A DNA stretch of 64,000 nucleotides from Candidatus Micrarchaeota archaeon (lineage in GTDB: Archaea; Micrarchaeota; Micrarchaeia; Anstonellales; Bilamarchaeaceae): positions 67,431-131,430 of the forward strand of contig CAZYJW010000003.1 of the NCBI GenBank assembly GCA_964647855.1. Reading direction: 5' to 3'. Shown in pieces: positions 37,668 to 47,899 of the stretch. Position 1 is the stretch's first letter. The number at the start of each line of letters is the position of its first letter. A program made the position numbers and the translations under genes. Under the pieces are notes generated by a model. It searched no databases, was not told the DNA's origin, and was given only the letters and a program-made list of their open reading frames with translations.

Positions 37668-38102
37668 TCAGACCGCGCGCAGCGAAGTGCTCTTCTTGAT
37701 GTAGCTTAGCACCTTGTCGTAGCCGATGTAGTGCGAATATACTGTGACTTCGACCGGATAGCTGCCCTCCTTCGTCTGGTTGCTGGACCAGATGGTTATC
37801 GGGACGTCCATCGCGGCCCCGGGCTTGAGCTCGCCTATGCGCTTCTCGGCGGCCTTGTTGATGCATGCGGGGTCGAAGCCAATGAGCGCGTCCCTTGGGA
37901 GCAGCGCGTCCACGGAGACCAGCGCGGGCGACTGGGAGACGTTCTTGACCTTGACTACGAGGTCGACCGAGCTTCGAGCCTTCGCGGAGAGGCGCAGCGG
38001 CGCGAACGACACCGACACGTTGAACGGGTTTGACTGCCTGTCGCCCTGAGGCTTCTCCTGCGCTTCCTTGTCAGAACCGAGCACTGAATCCCAGAATCCC
38101 AT
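37668..38102 (-). CDS. Hypothetical protein with a probable beta-sandwich domain
   Basis: Beta-strand patterning (VDLVVKVKNVS, GELKPG..MDVPITI); host-like codon usage. Confidence 0.65.
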   Translation of the reverse strand: MGFWDSVLGSDKEAQEKPQGDRQSNPFNVSVSFAPLRLSAKARSSVDLVVKVKNVSQSPALVSVDALLPRDALIGFDPACINKAAEKRIGELKPGAAMDVPITIWSSNQTKEGSYPVEVTVYSHYIGYDKVLSYIKKSTSLRAV

Positions 38103-38138
38103 CGTTACACCCTGGATTACGAGTTGCCATTATCCACC

Positions 38139-38687
38139 TTAAAATATTAAAACAGCAGCGGCGACGACCGAAGTCCATTTCCCGTCCTTGTCGCATACCG
38201 CGGACTGGGTGACGTTCATGGTCTTGACGAACTTGCCGCTCATCTTGAACTGCTGCTCGCGCTCGTCCCAGGCGGTGTCCGAATCGAACTCAAGGCCGAG
38301 CGAGGACGCGAGCATGGTCGCGGCGAGGTCCTCGGCATAGTCGCCGGCCTTCTCCTCGGTCTGCCCGAATGCATGGTGCTCGCTGAGGTACCCGTAGGTC
38401 TGCCGGTCCGCGGGGACCGCGCAGCCGACCGATGCCGCAATGAGCCGGTTCGGCTCGTTCGCCGAGCAGCGGGACATCACCGTGAATACGACCTGCCCGC
38501 TCCCAAGGTATTTCAGCCCCTCCGCGCGGGGGATTATTTCCGCCTTCGGGGGCAGGATGCTCGAGACCGAGACGAGGTTGAACGGGGATATCCCCGCGTC
38601 GCGAAGCGCCATCTCGAAGGATGTGAGCTGCTCCCTGCTGCGCCCCACGCCCTTGGTGAAGAACACCTTCTTCGGTATGAAATCCAT
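38139..38687 (-). CDS. pdaD: Pyruvoyl-dependent arginine decarboxylase
   Basis: [20 protein letters not shown] (Ser-Ser cleavage site), GYLSEHH.FG. Confidence 0.94.
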   Translation of the reverse strand: MDFIPKKVFFTKGVGRSREQLTSFEMALRDAGISPFNLVSVSSILPPKAEIIPRAEGLKYLGSGQVVFTVMSRCSANEPNRLIAASVGCAVPADRQTYGYLSEHHAFGQTEEKAGDYAEDLAATMLASSLGLEFDSDTAWDEREQQFKMSGKFVKTMNVTQSAVCDKDGKWTSVVAAAVLIF

Positions 38688-38802
38688 GATGAGCGTTATT
38701 TCGCAAATGCTTAAAATCCGGATGAATGCCCCCAGCGCGCCCCGCGGATAATGGAAAGGAATTTATTGGGAACCGTCAAATCTGAGTCCACGAGGTGTCA
38801 TC

Positions 38803-40059
38803 ATGGAGTATCAGCACAAGCTATTGCTGGTGACCGCAATTCTGGTCGCCGCTGCCCTGTATATCGCTTTCACTGCGGCCCCTGGGCCGGCCCCGGGGGC
38901 GGAGCAGTCTGAAGCCGAAGAGCTTCTCGTCCGCTCCGCGGGCTTCGGAAGGGACCTTGCGGACTATGTGTATTCATACAGCGAGAACTCGGACGGCTTC
39001 CGGGTCTCCTACACGCTCACATCGTCAAAAGGCAGCATGCTGATGGCCGTCGAGAATCCGCTCTCGCTCAAGAGGGTCTACCTGCTCCCCAACGACACAG
39101 TTTTCTGCATCAGGTATCTTGGGAACGAGTCGTGCGCATCGGTGAAGGATGACGCGCAGATGTCGAATTATGTGGCATTCGCAGCCTCCAGGTTCTTCAA
39201 CGAGACCACAATCGTGCGCTCCAGGGAGACTATGGAGGCCCTGATAGGCAAGGGATACCTCAAGGCCGGCCCTGACATCGAAAATGCGACAGTCGGGTCC
39301 TTCGGATGCCGCAGGGTCAGGTATGTCATCGACTACTCGAACGCTACGGTGAACGACGCCGCGCTTTTCGGAATAGGCGCCCAGTCGCCCAAGATCTACA
39401 GCCTCACAAGATGCATCGACGCCGAATCATGGCTCGCATACGAGACAACGCTTTCCTATGAGGACGCAGGAATGAACCATTCGAAAACAACAAGGGTCCT
39501 GTCGTTCAGGGAGGGCGCGGAGGAGATAGAGCCGCCCGCACTTTCCGGAAGCCCGGTCGGCGAGTTCGCAAACGAGAGGGAGAAGCAGGTGAAGCTCGCC
39601 GGCTGCTTCACGGGGCTGCAGGGGAGCGAGCGCGAAGCGTGCATCGCGGAGGTCGCCCTGAGCATACGCAGGACAGACATCTGCCAGCTCGCCGGGAGCC
39701 GCAGGGACCGCTGCCTGGTCTCGATAGTCCCGCTGACCAGGGACACGTCAATATGCGGCATGATAACTGATCCCGGATTCAGGGAGGACTGCTATATCGA
39801 GCTCGCGGGGGCCTATAAGGACTCCTCGTACTGCGGCAGCGTCTCGGACGCCCAGAAGAACGCCTTCTGCCTGGAGGTCTCGAGGCCCAAGGAGGCCGGA
39901 GGCGGCGAAGCCGATGGGGCGGAAATCCCGGCCGAAGGCGGCGTTTCCCCCGATAACGAGACCGGCGGGATTGTCGACATCGGGGAGTTCATCGACTACG
40001 TGGACAAGGGGCCTTCCGGCGGCACCGTTCCGGACGCGAACGCCAGCGAGCCTTCATGA
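38803..40059 (+). CDS. Membrane-anchored secreted protein with C-terminal Cys-rich helical repeats
   Basis: N-terminal TM helix; repeated C...R..C...A...D..IC pattern typical of DPANN surface proteins. Confidence 0.7.
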   Translation: MEYQHKLLLVTAILVAAALYIAFTAAPGPAPGAEQSEAEELLVRSAGFGRDLADYVYSYSENSDGFRVSYTLTSSKGSMLMAVENPLSLKRVYLLPNDTVFCIRYLGNESCASVKDDAQMSNYVAFAASRFFNETTIVRSRETMEALIGKGYLKAGPDIENATVGSFGCRRVRYVIDYSNATVNDAALFGIGAQSPKIYSLTRCIDAESWLAYETTLSYEDAGMNHSKTTRVLSFREGAEEIEPPALSGSPVGEFANEREKQVKLAGCFTGLQGSEREACIAEVALSIRRTDICQLAGSRRDRCLVSIVPLTRDTSICGMITDPGFREDCYIELAGAYKDSSYCGSVSDAQKNAFCLEVSRPKEAGGGEADGAEIPAEGGVSPDNETGGIVDIGEFIDYVDKGPSGGTVPDANASEPS

Positions 40060-40098
40060 ATATAAACCGGGAGCGCGCCATTGCTTAGCGGTGCCCAG

Positions 40099-41277
40099 AT
40101 GAGGATTGCCTGGTTCACGGACACGTACCTGCCCCAGACGAACGGCGTCGCCATCTACATTGCCGACGCCCTGAGGCTGCTTTCGAAAACCCACGAGGTC
40201 GTGCTGTTCGCCCCCGGCGAGGGCGGCTTCCGGACCGAGGAGGAGGGGCCGAATTTCCGGATAATCCGGATACCGTCATCGCCGTTCCCGTTCTACGAGG
40301 GCTATCGCGTGGCATCGGCGGACTACCGCCGGATTAGCGCCCTCCTGAGGAAGGAGAGGCCCGATATCGTCCACGCGCATGCGCCCATCAACCTCGGGAT
40401 ACAGGGAATAATCGCGGCAAAGAGGGCGAAAATCCCCTGCGCCGCCACGTACCACACGCATTTTCCGGACTACGTGCCGCACCTTCTCAACGGCAGGCTG
40501 CCGAAATTCCTCCATCCCGTCGGCGACGCGACCGCGAAGGAGTTCGTGAAGCGGTTCTATGGAATGGCTGATTTGGTCGCAGCACCCACTGAGGAGCTGG
40601 CGGCGGAGCTGCGCTCCTACGGGCTCGGGGGGGCAATCTGCCTCCACAACGGCATAGACTTCTCCAAGCTCGAGTGCACGGACCGGGATGCGGCGGCTTT
40701 CCGCAAGGCGCATGGCATAGGCGCCGGCAGGAGGGCGGTCCTCTACCTGGGCAGGCTCAGCTTCGAGAAGAGGGTTGACCGCCTCATGGAGGCGTTCGCG
40801 ATGGTGGATGATCCCGAGGCGGTCCTCGTTCTGGCCGGGGGCGGCCCCCGCCTGGACGAATTCAAGAGGCACGCGGGAAGCATGGGCCTGAAGAACGTCG
40901 TTTTCACCGGCTTCATCCGCGAGACCGGGCCCGCCTACCGCGCCTGCGACATCTTCGCCTCGGCTTCGGACAGCGAGACTTTCGGCCTGACTTTCGTGGA
41001 GGCGATGCATGCCGGCCTTCCGGTTGTGGGGGTGAGGCGGCTGGGCACGAAGGAGGTCGTGAGTGACGGCAAAAGCGGAATCCTGGTCGACCCGGGGGAT
41101 GCGAAGGCTCTTTCCGCGGCCCTGGGGCGCCTGCTTGGCGACCCGGCCCTGCGCGAGCGGATGGGCGCCGAGGGCAGGAAGGAGTCCGAGAGGTATTCCA
41201 TCGAGCGGAACATCGAGGCCACGCTTGCCCTATACGGACGCCTTCGGGGCGGGGGGGGCAGGGCATGTTCGTCATAG
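40099..41277 (+). CDS. GT4 family glycosyltransferase
   Basis: TDTYLPQTNGV, YLGRLSFEKRVD, ETFGLTFVEAM..GLPVV. Confidence 0.94.
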   Translation: MRIAWFTDTYLPQTNGVAIYIADALRLLSKTHEVVLFAPGEGGFRTEEEGPNFRIIRIPSSPFPFYEGYRVASADYRRISALLRKERPDIVHAHAPINLGIQGIIAAKRAKIPCAATYHTHFPDYVPHLLNGRLPKFLHPVGDATAKEFVKRFYGMADLVAAPTEELAAELRSYGLGGAICLHNGIDFSKLECTDRDAAAFRKAHGIGAGRRAVLYLGRLSFEKRVDRLMEAFAMVDDPEAVLVLAGGGPRLDEFKRHAGSMGLKNVVFTGFIRETGPAYRACDIFASASDSETFGLTFVEAMHAGLPVVGVRRLGTKEVVSDGKSGILVDPGDAKALSAALGRLLGDPALRERMGAEGRKESERYSIERNIEATLALYGRLRGGGGRACSS

Positions 41278-41714
41278 CCGGCATCGACCCGGGGATAAAG
41301 ACGGGCTACGCCGTATTGGACCTCGACGGCAGGCTTGTATCCTGCGGCTGCGTCAAGGAGGCGAGCGACGAGGCCCTCGTCCGCATAATCTCCGCCGCGG
41401 GCATACCGGTCCTCATAGCGTCCGACACCAGCCCACCGTCCCATTTCGTGCAGAAAATCGCCTCGCGCCTCAATGTCAGGGTGTGTTCGCCCAGGGAAAG
41501 CATGAGCCGGCTGGAAAAAAGGCGGATAGGAGCCGAAATCGGGGACCCGCACGTCCGGGACGCTTATGCGGCGGCGGTGAAGGCCTACCGGCGCTTCCAG
41601 AACCGCCTGAGGCAGATTGACGCGGACGGAATCGGCGGCAAGGAGGAGAGGAAGCGCATGGCCCTCACGGGCAGGAGGGTGTCCGACTGGAAGGACCGGA
41701 ACATTTATATATGA
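41265..41714 (+). CDS. DUF460-like RNase H-fold protein
   Basis: IAGIDPG..TG.AVLDL.G, IASD..P, H.RDA.AAA..AY. Confidence 0.8.
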   Translation: MFVIAGIDPGIKTGYAVLDLDGRLVSCGCVKEASDEALVRIISAAGIPVLIASDTSPPSHFVQKIASRLNVRVCSPRESMSRLEKRRIGAEIGDPHVRDAYAAAVKAYRRFQNRLRQIDADGIGGKEERKRMALTGRRVSDWKDRNIYI

Positions 41715-41745
41715 AGAATGAGCAATAACAGGATTGTTGTGGGTG

Positions 41746-42423
41746 ATGCTCTTGGCGCGCAGGATGTTGAATAAGACGGCTAAAGCGAATAAGGCGAAGG
41801 CCCCGAAAAAGTCTGTTCCTAGGAAAATGCCGAAGAAAAAGCCCGCCAGGGCGCCCGCAGTGAAGGCCCCCGCAAAGGCGGCCAAAAAGCCCTTGAAAAA
41901 GCCGGAGGAGCCGAAGGTCGACCTCGAGAGAATCCGCGCGCAGGAGCTCATGGCGAAGGTCAGCAGGATACTCGGCGATTCCAACGTCAGGCAGAACCTG
42001 ATAGGTATAGGCGGGGAGAACGCCCTCGCAATCGTGAGGAACTTCTACGGCAACCACAGCGACGAGGAGATTGCCAAGAGGCTGAAAATAAAGATTAGCG
42101 ACGTCAGGGCGACGCTCAACAAGCTCCATAACGAGGGCCTCGTCAACTATATCCGCGAAAAGGACAGCGAGACCGGATGGTATTCCTACAGCTGGTCGCT
42201 GAACCACGACCGCATGGAGCGCTGGGCCCTTGGCCAGGGAAGCCGGATGGGGGGCGCGGAAATCGAGGGCGGCGACCATTATTTCTGCCCCGCGTGCGGC
42301 TCCGCGAGCATCACGAACTTCGAATCGGCGGCATCCATCGATTTCAGGTGCGAGCGCTGCAACAGGCTGCTGGAATTCATCGACGAAAAGAAGATGGCCT
42401 GCCTTTTCCTGAAAAACAAGTAA
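41746..42423 (+). CDS. tfe: Transcription factor E (TFE-alpha) with a Lys/Ala/Pro-rich N-terminal extension
   Basis: SDEEIA..L.IK..DVR..L.KL...GLV.Y.R.KD..TGW..Y.W; CPAC...CERC zinc ribbon; start uncertain (41734-41764). Confidence 0.92.
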   Translation: MLLARRMLNKTAKANKAKAPKKSVPRKMPKKKPARAPAVKAPAKAAKKPLKKPEEPKVDLERIRAQELMAKVSRILGDSNVRQNLIGIGGENALAIVRNFYGNHSDEEIAKRLKIKISDVRATLNKLHNEGLVNYIREKDSETGWYSYSWSLNHDRMERWALGQGSRMGGAEIEGGDHYFCPACGSASITNFESAASIDFRCERCNRLLEFIDEKKMACLFLKNK

Positions 42424-42426
42424 GAA

Positions 42427-44994
42427 TCACATGCTCTTGAATTCGACAAGCATCCTCTCGAGCTCATCCGTGGTGTGGAGCAGGAGGGAAGAGCTGTCGG
42501 CCTCCATCTTGACTATTATCGGGCCGACCGTGGGCGAAGAGTTCATGAGGCGCTGGAACTGGTCCTTGTCGGCGGCGTTCCTGAATATTATTATCGCTAT
42601 CCCGCGGCCAACGGTCGGAATGACCCGGCTCAGGAAGGCGGCGGGGTCCGCCCCCCGCTCGTAGAAGTGCAGCGACATCTGCTGGCCGACCACGGTGATT
42701 TCGCTGTCGGCATCCTTTGACTCGCCGAGGCCCGTGAACGGTATGGCGTTGTTGACGCATATGTCGCGCAGGCGGCGCATGATTGAGAGGTATTCTATGG
42801 AATGCCCCGAGCGCTCCTGCCAGGATGCAAGGCCGTAGTAGCCCAGGGACTCCCGGACCAGGCCCTTCTTTTCGAGCTCGTCGAGGAGGAATTCCACGTT
42901 GTAGTCCGTGATATAGATGGGCTTGCCCTGGTAGAAGATGTCCTTGAAGCCGTTCTTCACCTCGGACGAGGTGAGCGGCGTGCTGGACCAGCGGTAGTTC
43001 TCGTTGACCTTCTCGAACACCCCCAGGATGGTGTCGGAGTTAAGCGGAATTTTCGTGCGCGAGACGGGCGGGAAGTCGGGCACGTCCAGCGAGAAGAAGA
43101 CCTCCTCCTGGCGCGCGAAGATGACGCCCACGCCCACTATGCCGCCGGTGAGTATGATGGTTATCCAGAACATCGGCTCGTCGAAGAGCGTCTTGGCCCT
43201 CGTATGGACCACCGGCACGGTGACCTTGAGGCCGCCGGCGGTGAAGTCGAAGGAATGGTTGCCGTAGGGGAGCGGCTCGCCTCCGGTGTACTGGCTGAGG
43301 TCCACCCGCACCCTGTCGACGTTGTTGTACGTGTAGGAGCCGTACTGCCCCTTGTTTATCGTGAGGCGCAGCTCGCTCAGGATGCGCGGGGAGCCGTCCA
43401 TCGTTATGTCGAAGCGGTATATCGATTTCTTCTGCGGGTCGTAGCCCTGGTAGCCGATGTCGATTGAGACCACCTTCATGTATGTCTGGGCATAGACCCT
43501 GCTCTCGTCGTCCATCAGGCGCACCGTGTATTCGCCCTTGTCCAGGTAAAGGAGCAGGTCGAACGACGCGTCCGCCTGTACGTTGATGTTCCCCTGCGGG
43601 AAGGACTGCACCTCTTCGCCCTCCTTGTCCACGACAACGAGGTACATGTTGGGCTGGGCGGCAACGGGCTCGCGGAGCTGCGCGTTCATGCGCACGGGCA
43701 GGTTGGTGATGTTTGCGGAGACGACCCTCCCCCCCTCCTCAATCACGAGGGTGTTCCTCAGGGCCTTCTCGGTCCGGATGAAGAGCGTCTCGCGTATTGG
43801 GTTGTTTGATGTCGCAGAGTGGCCGGTGAACTCGACCTTGACGGTCGCGTTGGCGGACTCGAAGGGCTCGGAGAAGAAATATGAGGTGCCGCCGTATTCC
43901 GTCTGGTTGGCCAGCACATAGACCTTGCTCGGCGCATTGGGCTCGACCCACGGGGTCTCGAAGACGATGCGCGCGACGTCCTCGGCGGCTGCGCTGAAAT
44001 TGCCCCTCCAGCCGCCGTCGAGGGTCTGGGGCAGGAACAGGAACGCCCCGTCCCCGCGCTTCGCGATGCTCACGGAGCCGTAGGCCAGCCCGCTTCCCCA
44101 GCCGCCCCCGCTCGGCACGGCGCGGTAAAGCGGCTGGAACAGCTTGAAGCCGTCCGAGCTCGAAAGGACGGACGTCTCGTCGAATTTGAGGGGTATTCCG
44201 CCCAGCGCCTCCTTGGGGGTCGACGAGACCAGGGTGCCGTTGAGCATCCTCGTGAAGGGCTGCCCTATATAGACGACGACCACGCCCCGGTCCGCGAGCT
44301 TGTTCATGCTGAGGGTGCTGTCGACCCCGAGTATCTCCTTGGGTACCGCGCCCGAGGGTATTATCACGAGGGCCCCCTCCGGGACCGTCTCAAGCTGCTT
44401 GATGGTTATCTCGTTGAGCATGATTTTCCTTTTAGCGAGGTTGGAGCGCAGGCTGGCGATGAAATCCGCGTATGTCGTTGCCTCGAGCCTCTCGCTGTTG
44501 AGGATGAAAACCTCCGAGGGCACCTTGTTGTCGTAGGTCGTGAGGTTTATCGTATAGTTCACTAGGTTGGCTGTCCGGTAGTCGATCATGACCGCCGACA
44601 GGTGCGTTTCGGCCCCCCTTGTCCCCGTGTCCAGGATTTCCCCGCGGACAAGCGTGTTGCCTATCTCGGCCTTCTCCGTCTGGGGCTGGAAAACCCCCGG
44701 CGGGGGCTGGAGCAGGGCGGTCAGGTAGAGCCATGAGAGCCCCACGATTATGAGGGCGATGAAGATGAATGCGCCGAAGACCATGAAGTTGAAGCCGCCC
44801 GGAGGGGGGCGGGACGCGGACTCGGCCTTCTTTTCGGGCTTCTTGGGGGCGAGAAAGGCGCGGACCGTGTCCTTGAAGCGCTCTATGGGCGGCCTTTCCT
44901 TGACCTTGAAATGGCCGACGTACTGGTACTTGCGCTTCAGCTCGAAGCTGTACGTCTTTCTTTTCACCTTGCTGCTCAGATCGGCCATGGGCAA
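42427..44994 (-). CDS. Large two-TM membrane protein (about 520-aa extracellular region, about 230-aa cytoplasmic tail), operon gene 5
   Basis: TM at about aa 70-93 and about aa 610-627; NxT/S sequons between them; wHTH-like segment after the second TM. Confidence 0.75.
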   Translation of the reverse strand: MPMADLSSKVKRKTYSFELKRKYQYVGHFKVKERPPIERFKDTVRAFLAPKKPEKKAESASRPPPGGFNFMVFGAFIFIALIIVGLSWLYLTALLQPPPGVFQPQTEKAEIGNTLVRGEILDTGTRGAETHLSAVMIDYRTANLVNYTINLTTYDNKVPSEVFILNSERLEATTYADFIASLRSNLAKRKIMLNEITIKQLETVPEGALVIIPSGAVPKEILGVDSTLSMNKLADRGVVVVYIGQPFTRMLNGTLVSSTPKEALGGIPLKFDETSVLSSSDGFKLFQPLYRAVPSGGGWGSGLAYGSVSIAKRGDGAFLFLPQTLDGGWRGNFSAAAEDVARIVFETPWVEPNAPSKVYVLANQTEYGGTSYFFSEPFESANATVKVEFTGHSATSNNPIRETLFIRTEKALRNTLVIEEGGRVVSANITNLPVRMNAQLREPVAAQPNMYLVVVDKEGEEVQSFPQGNINVQADASFDLLLYLDKGEYTVRLMDDESRVYAQTYMKVVSIDIGYQGYDPQKKSIYRFDITMDGSPRILSELRLTINKGQYGSYTYNNVDRVRVDLSQYTGGEPLPYGNHSFDFTAGGLKVTVPVVHTRAKTLFDEPMFWITIILTGGIVGVGVIFARQEEVFFSLDVPDFPPVSRTKIPLNSDTILGVFEKVNENYRWSSTPLTSSEVKNGFKDIFYQGKPIYITDYNVEFLLDELEKKGLVRESLGYYGLASWQERSGHSIEYLSIMRRLRDICVNNAIPFTGLGESKDADSEITVVGQQMSLHFYERGADPAAFLSRVIPTVGRGIAIIIFRNAADKDQFQRLMNSSPTVGPIIVKMEADSSSLLLHTTDELERMLVEFKSM

Positions 44995-44997
44995 AAC

Positions 44998-45786
44998 CTA
45001 CTGCACCACTTCCAGATAGCCTTCGTTCACGAGCTTGTTCAGCATCTCCTCGACGCGGGCTTCGGACATCCTGTGCAGCTTGCTGAACTCGGTGACGTTA
45101 ATCGTCCCGCTGTGCTCGGCGACCCACTCCTGGAGCTTTGCCTTGAGCGCGTCGTCCGAGAGCCCCTCGAGCTGCGAGAGGCGGAGCTTGATGTCGTCGT
45201 TCTGGGTCTTGAGCTCGTAGTTCTGCGATGTGAGCGCCTGGTTCTGCTCGGTCAGCCGCTCGACCTTCTTGCGAAGGTCGTCGACGTCCTTCTTCATGGA
45301 GTCGTATGACGTGTAGAGCTTGTTGTAGTCCATCGTCACCGAGCCGGCGAGCTCCTTTATGGCGTTTTCGATGAGCTGGTAAAGGGCCTTGTTGTCCACC
45401 TCGTAGGACGACTCCACCAGCGACAGGATGTTGAGAAGGTAGCGGATGACGTCCACCCTGCGCTTCTTCGGGCCTATTTCGGAAGGAATGGTGTAGAGCA
45501 CCTCCACCTCGTCCTCCTTTATCTTGACTATCGAGAACAGGTAGGGGTTCTTGTCGATGTCCCGGCTCTCAACGTAGATGACGTTGAGGAGGTCTTTTTC
45601 CGGCGCCAGCTCGAGGAACGATATGGAGCGTAGCGTGTTCGCGAGGTCCTTGAGCTTGCCCTTGGCGAGCTTCCCCTTGATCTTGAATCCGTCGACCTGC
45701 GGGGGGTGGACCTCCTCCTTCTGCGCGGCGCCCCCGCCGGATGGCTGGGGGGCGCCGGCTTTCTGTTGTGCATTCGGAAGCGCCAT
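44998..45786 (-). CDS. Soluble coiled-coil protein with a C-terminal winged-helix-like domain, operon gene 4
   Basis: Heptads VDDLRKKVERLTEQNQAL...; terminal GTINVTEFSKLHRMSEARVEEMLNKLVNEGYL. Confidence 0.7.
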   Translation of the reverse strand: MALPNAQQKAGAPQPSGGGAAQKEEVHPPQVDGFKIKGKLAKGKLKDLANTLRSISFLELAPEKDLLNVIYVESRDIDKNPYLFSIVKIKEDEVEVLYTIPSEIGPKKRRVDVIRYLLNILSLVESSYEVDNKALYQLIENAIKELAGSVTMDYNKLYTSYDSMKKDVDDLRKKVERLTEQNQALTSQNYELKTQNDDIKLRLSQLEGLSDDALKAKLQEWVAEHSGTINVTEFSKLHRMSEARVEEMLNKLVNEGYLEVVQ

Positions 45787-45797
45787 TGTTCAACACC

Positions 45798-46319
45798 TCA
45801 TTTTTTCTCGCGTTTTCTCTTCCTTCTCGGGACCGGCTTCGGCTTGCCGGCTGCCTCAGGCGCGCCCTCCGCCTTTCCGGCGGGCACGGCCGCCGGCGGG
45901 GGCTGCCGGGGCGGCGTCTGCGGCGCAGCCGCCGGCGCCCTCGCTGAGGCGCTGACGCCCTCGACCGCCGGGACATACTTGAACAGGACGGGCATCGCGA
46001 CTATCAGGCATGCGACGACGATGCCCGAAAAGATTGCCGCGGCCTCGAACCGCCCGTAGAGGAGCGGCGATATGACTATTACGAGGAGCATGATGCCGGC
46101 GAGGACGGCGGCGAAAAGCAGGGTCTTCTCGAAAGAGCGGCGGCGCTCCATGTGCTTCGGCAGGCAGGCCTCGCAGACGAAGAGCTGGTTGTTCTGGGCA
46201 ACCCCGAGGGCGCGCTTGGCTGCGCGAATAGCCCCGATGACGCGGTCCTCGCGTACGGGGAAGGCGCGCTTGCCCCCGACATCCGCCTGGCACGTGACGC
46301 AAACCTTCATCAGGCTCAT
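45798..46319 (-). CDS. Zinc-finger two-TM protein with Pro/Ala/basic tail, operon gene 3
   Basis: CVTC...CEAC, two hydrophobic helices; ATGA overlap with the ATPase stop. Confidence 0.7.
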   Translation of the reverse strand: MSLMKVCVTCQADVGGKRAFPVREDRVIGAIRAAKRALGVAQNNQLFVCEACLPKHMERRRSFEKTLLFAAVLAGIMLLVIVISPLLYGRFEAAAIFSGIVVACLIVAMPVLFKYVPAVEGVSASARAPAAAPQTPPRQPPPAAVPAGKAEGAPEAAGKPKPVPRRKRKREKK

Positions 46320-47899
46320 TCCTCCAAGACGACCTGGCTGATGTCCCGGCCCACTCCGCCGCTCTTTTTGAGGTCGACCTTGCCGAAGATGTTGATGATG
46401 GTTATGTCGTCAATGCCCGCATCCTTGAGGAAGTCGCCGATGTTGCGCCGGGCGATGCCGTCGCGCTCGAGCTGGATGACGAAGCCGACCACATCCATGC
46501 GCCGGTTCGACTTCTCGAACGTCTTCGTAAGCTCCTCGATCTTGTCGTCGGTCATGCCGAACTGCCTGAGTTTCCTCCTGAAGTCCTCCTTCAGGAACGA
46601 TACGCTTCTTGACACCGCAACATCCCTCCGCTGTTTGTCCGTGAGCACGCCTGTGAGGTCGAGGAAATATTCCTTGCTCGGCTCCTCGCCCTCTATCTTC
46701 GAAATGAGGAAGGTGGACGGGTAGGGGGTCGGCAGGGTGAGCGCCATGTTCACGGCGCACTGCCCGACGCCAAGGCGGCTTATCTCCTCCCGCATGTAAT
46801 TGCTGAAATTGAGCGAGCCCTGGAGGTAGTCGAGGAACTTCTCGAACTTGACCTTGAGCATGAAGGTGGTGCCGACGTTCGAGAATATCGCCTCGCTGAT
46901 GTCGGTCGGGTTCTGGGAGGCGATTATCATCGCGAAGTTGTACTTGCGCCCCTCGCGGACGATCATGACCGCGTCCGAGTTCTCCTCCTTGCCTATCTTC
47001 CACGCCTCGTCGAGGACTATGAGGAGGCGCAGCCCCTTCACGTTCGACCAGCCTTCGAGGCGCATCTTCTCCTTGATGAACTGCAGTATCGTGAGTGCGG
47101 CCAGGGCGCGCGAGGTCTCGTCGGGCAGGCCCGCGAGGTCCAGGTCGACTAGGCCCGACGTGATCAGGTCGTCGAGGCTCACCGTGCTCTGCTGGGCGAA
47201 GAAGTCCTCGCCCGGCTTGGTGAACTGCTTGAGCCGGTAGATGGCGTTCTCGAGCTCGGCCGGGAACTCGTATGTCCCGACCTGCGACTGCTCGCTGAGG
47301 ATGCGCACGACGTCCTTGAGCGTCGGGGGGATGATGGGCTTGCCCAGCTCGTCCTTCTGCTCGCGGGCGTCCATCCTGAACTTGCTCTCCATGTACACCT
47401 TCTCAATCGCCTGCTCGGTGAGCCGCCTCTGCTCGGGGTAGTTGGCTATGTCGGTGAGGAGCTCCAGCGTCCTCATGACCTGCTTGATGCGGTCGTAGGG
47501 CTTCATGCCGCCCAGGTCGAGGAGGTTCAGGTAGGAGCCCTTTCCGAGCGAGACTATCTTCCCGCCCGTCTGCTTGACCCAGTCCTTGTATTCCCCGGCC
47601 CAGTCGATTATGAGCGCGTTGCTGTTCCAGACGAACGCCGAACGCAGCAGGAAAGTCTTGATGAAGTAGGATTTGCCCGAACCCGATATTCCTACGACCG
47701 CGATGTGCGGGTTCGCCACGTTCTGGAAGCTCCAGTAGAACGGCATGTTGAATATCTTCGTCCTGCCGATGTAAATCGCGTTCGTGGGGTCGTCGAAGAG
47801 GACCTCCATCGGGGGCTCGGGCGGGTGCACCAGGAGGTTGCGCCTGGATATCGCCGAGTTGGAGAGCTTGACGAGCCGGAGCTTTCCGCCGATGGCCAT
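46316..47899 (-). CDS. VirB4/HerA-like P-loop ATPase, operon gene 2
   Basis: NPHIAVVGISGSGKS, IIDWAGEY, LNLLD, LIVLDEAW, REGRKY...IIASQ; start trimmed to MAIGGK (TGATG overlap). Confidence 0.88.
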   Translation of the reverse strand: MAIGGKLRLVKLSNSAISRRNLLVHPPEPPMEVLFDDPTNAIYIGRTKIFNMPFYWSFQNVANPHIAVVGISGSGKSYFIKTFLLRSAFVWNSNALIIDWAGEYKDWVKQTGGKIVSLGKGSYLNLLDLGGMKPYDRIKQVMRTLELLTDIANYPEQRRLTEQAIEKVYMESKFRMDAREQKDELGKPIIPPTLKDVVRILSEQSQVGTYEFPAELENAIYRLKQFTKPGEDFFAQQSTVSLDDLITSGLVDLDLAGLPDETSRALAALTILQFIKEKMRLEGWSNVKGLRLLIVLDEAWKIGKEENSDAVMIVREGRKYNFAMIIASQNPTDISEAIFSNVGTTFMLKVKFEKFLDYLQGSLNFSNYMREEISRLGVGQCAVNMALTLPTPYPSTFLISKIEGEEPSKEYFLDLTGVLTDKQRRDVAVSRSVSFLKEDFRRKLRQFGMTDDKIEELTKTFEKSNRRMDVVGFVIQLERDGIARRNIGDFLKDAGIDDITIINIFGKVDLKKSGGVGRDISQVVLEE

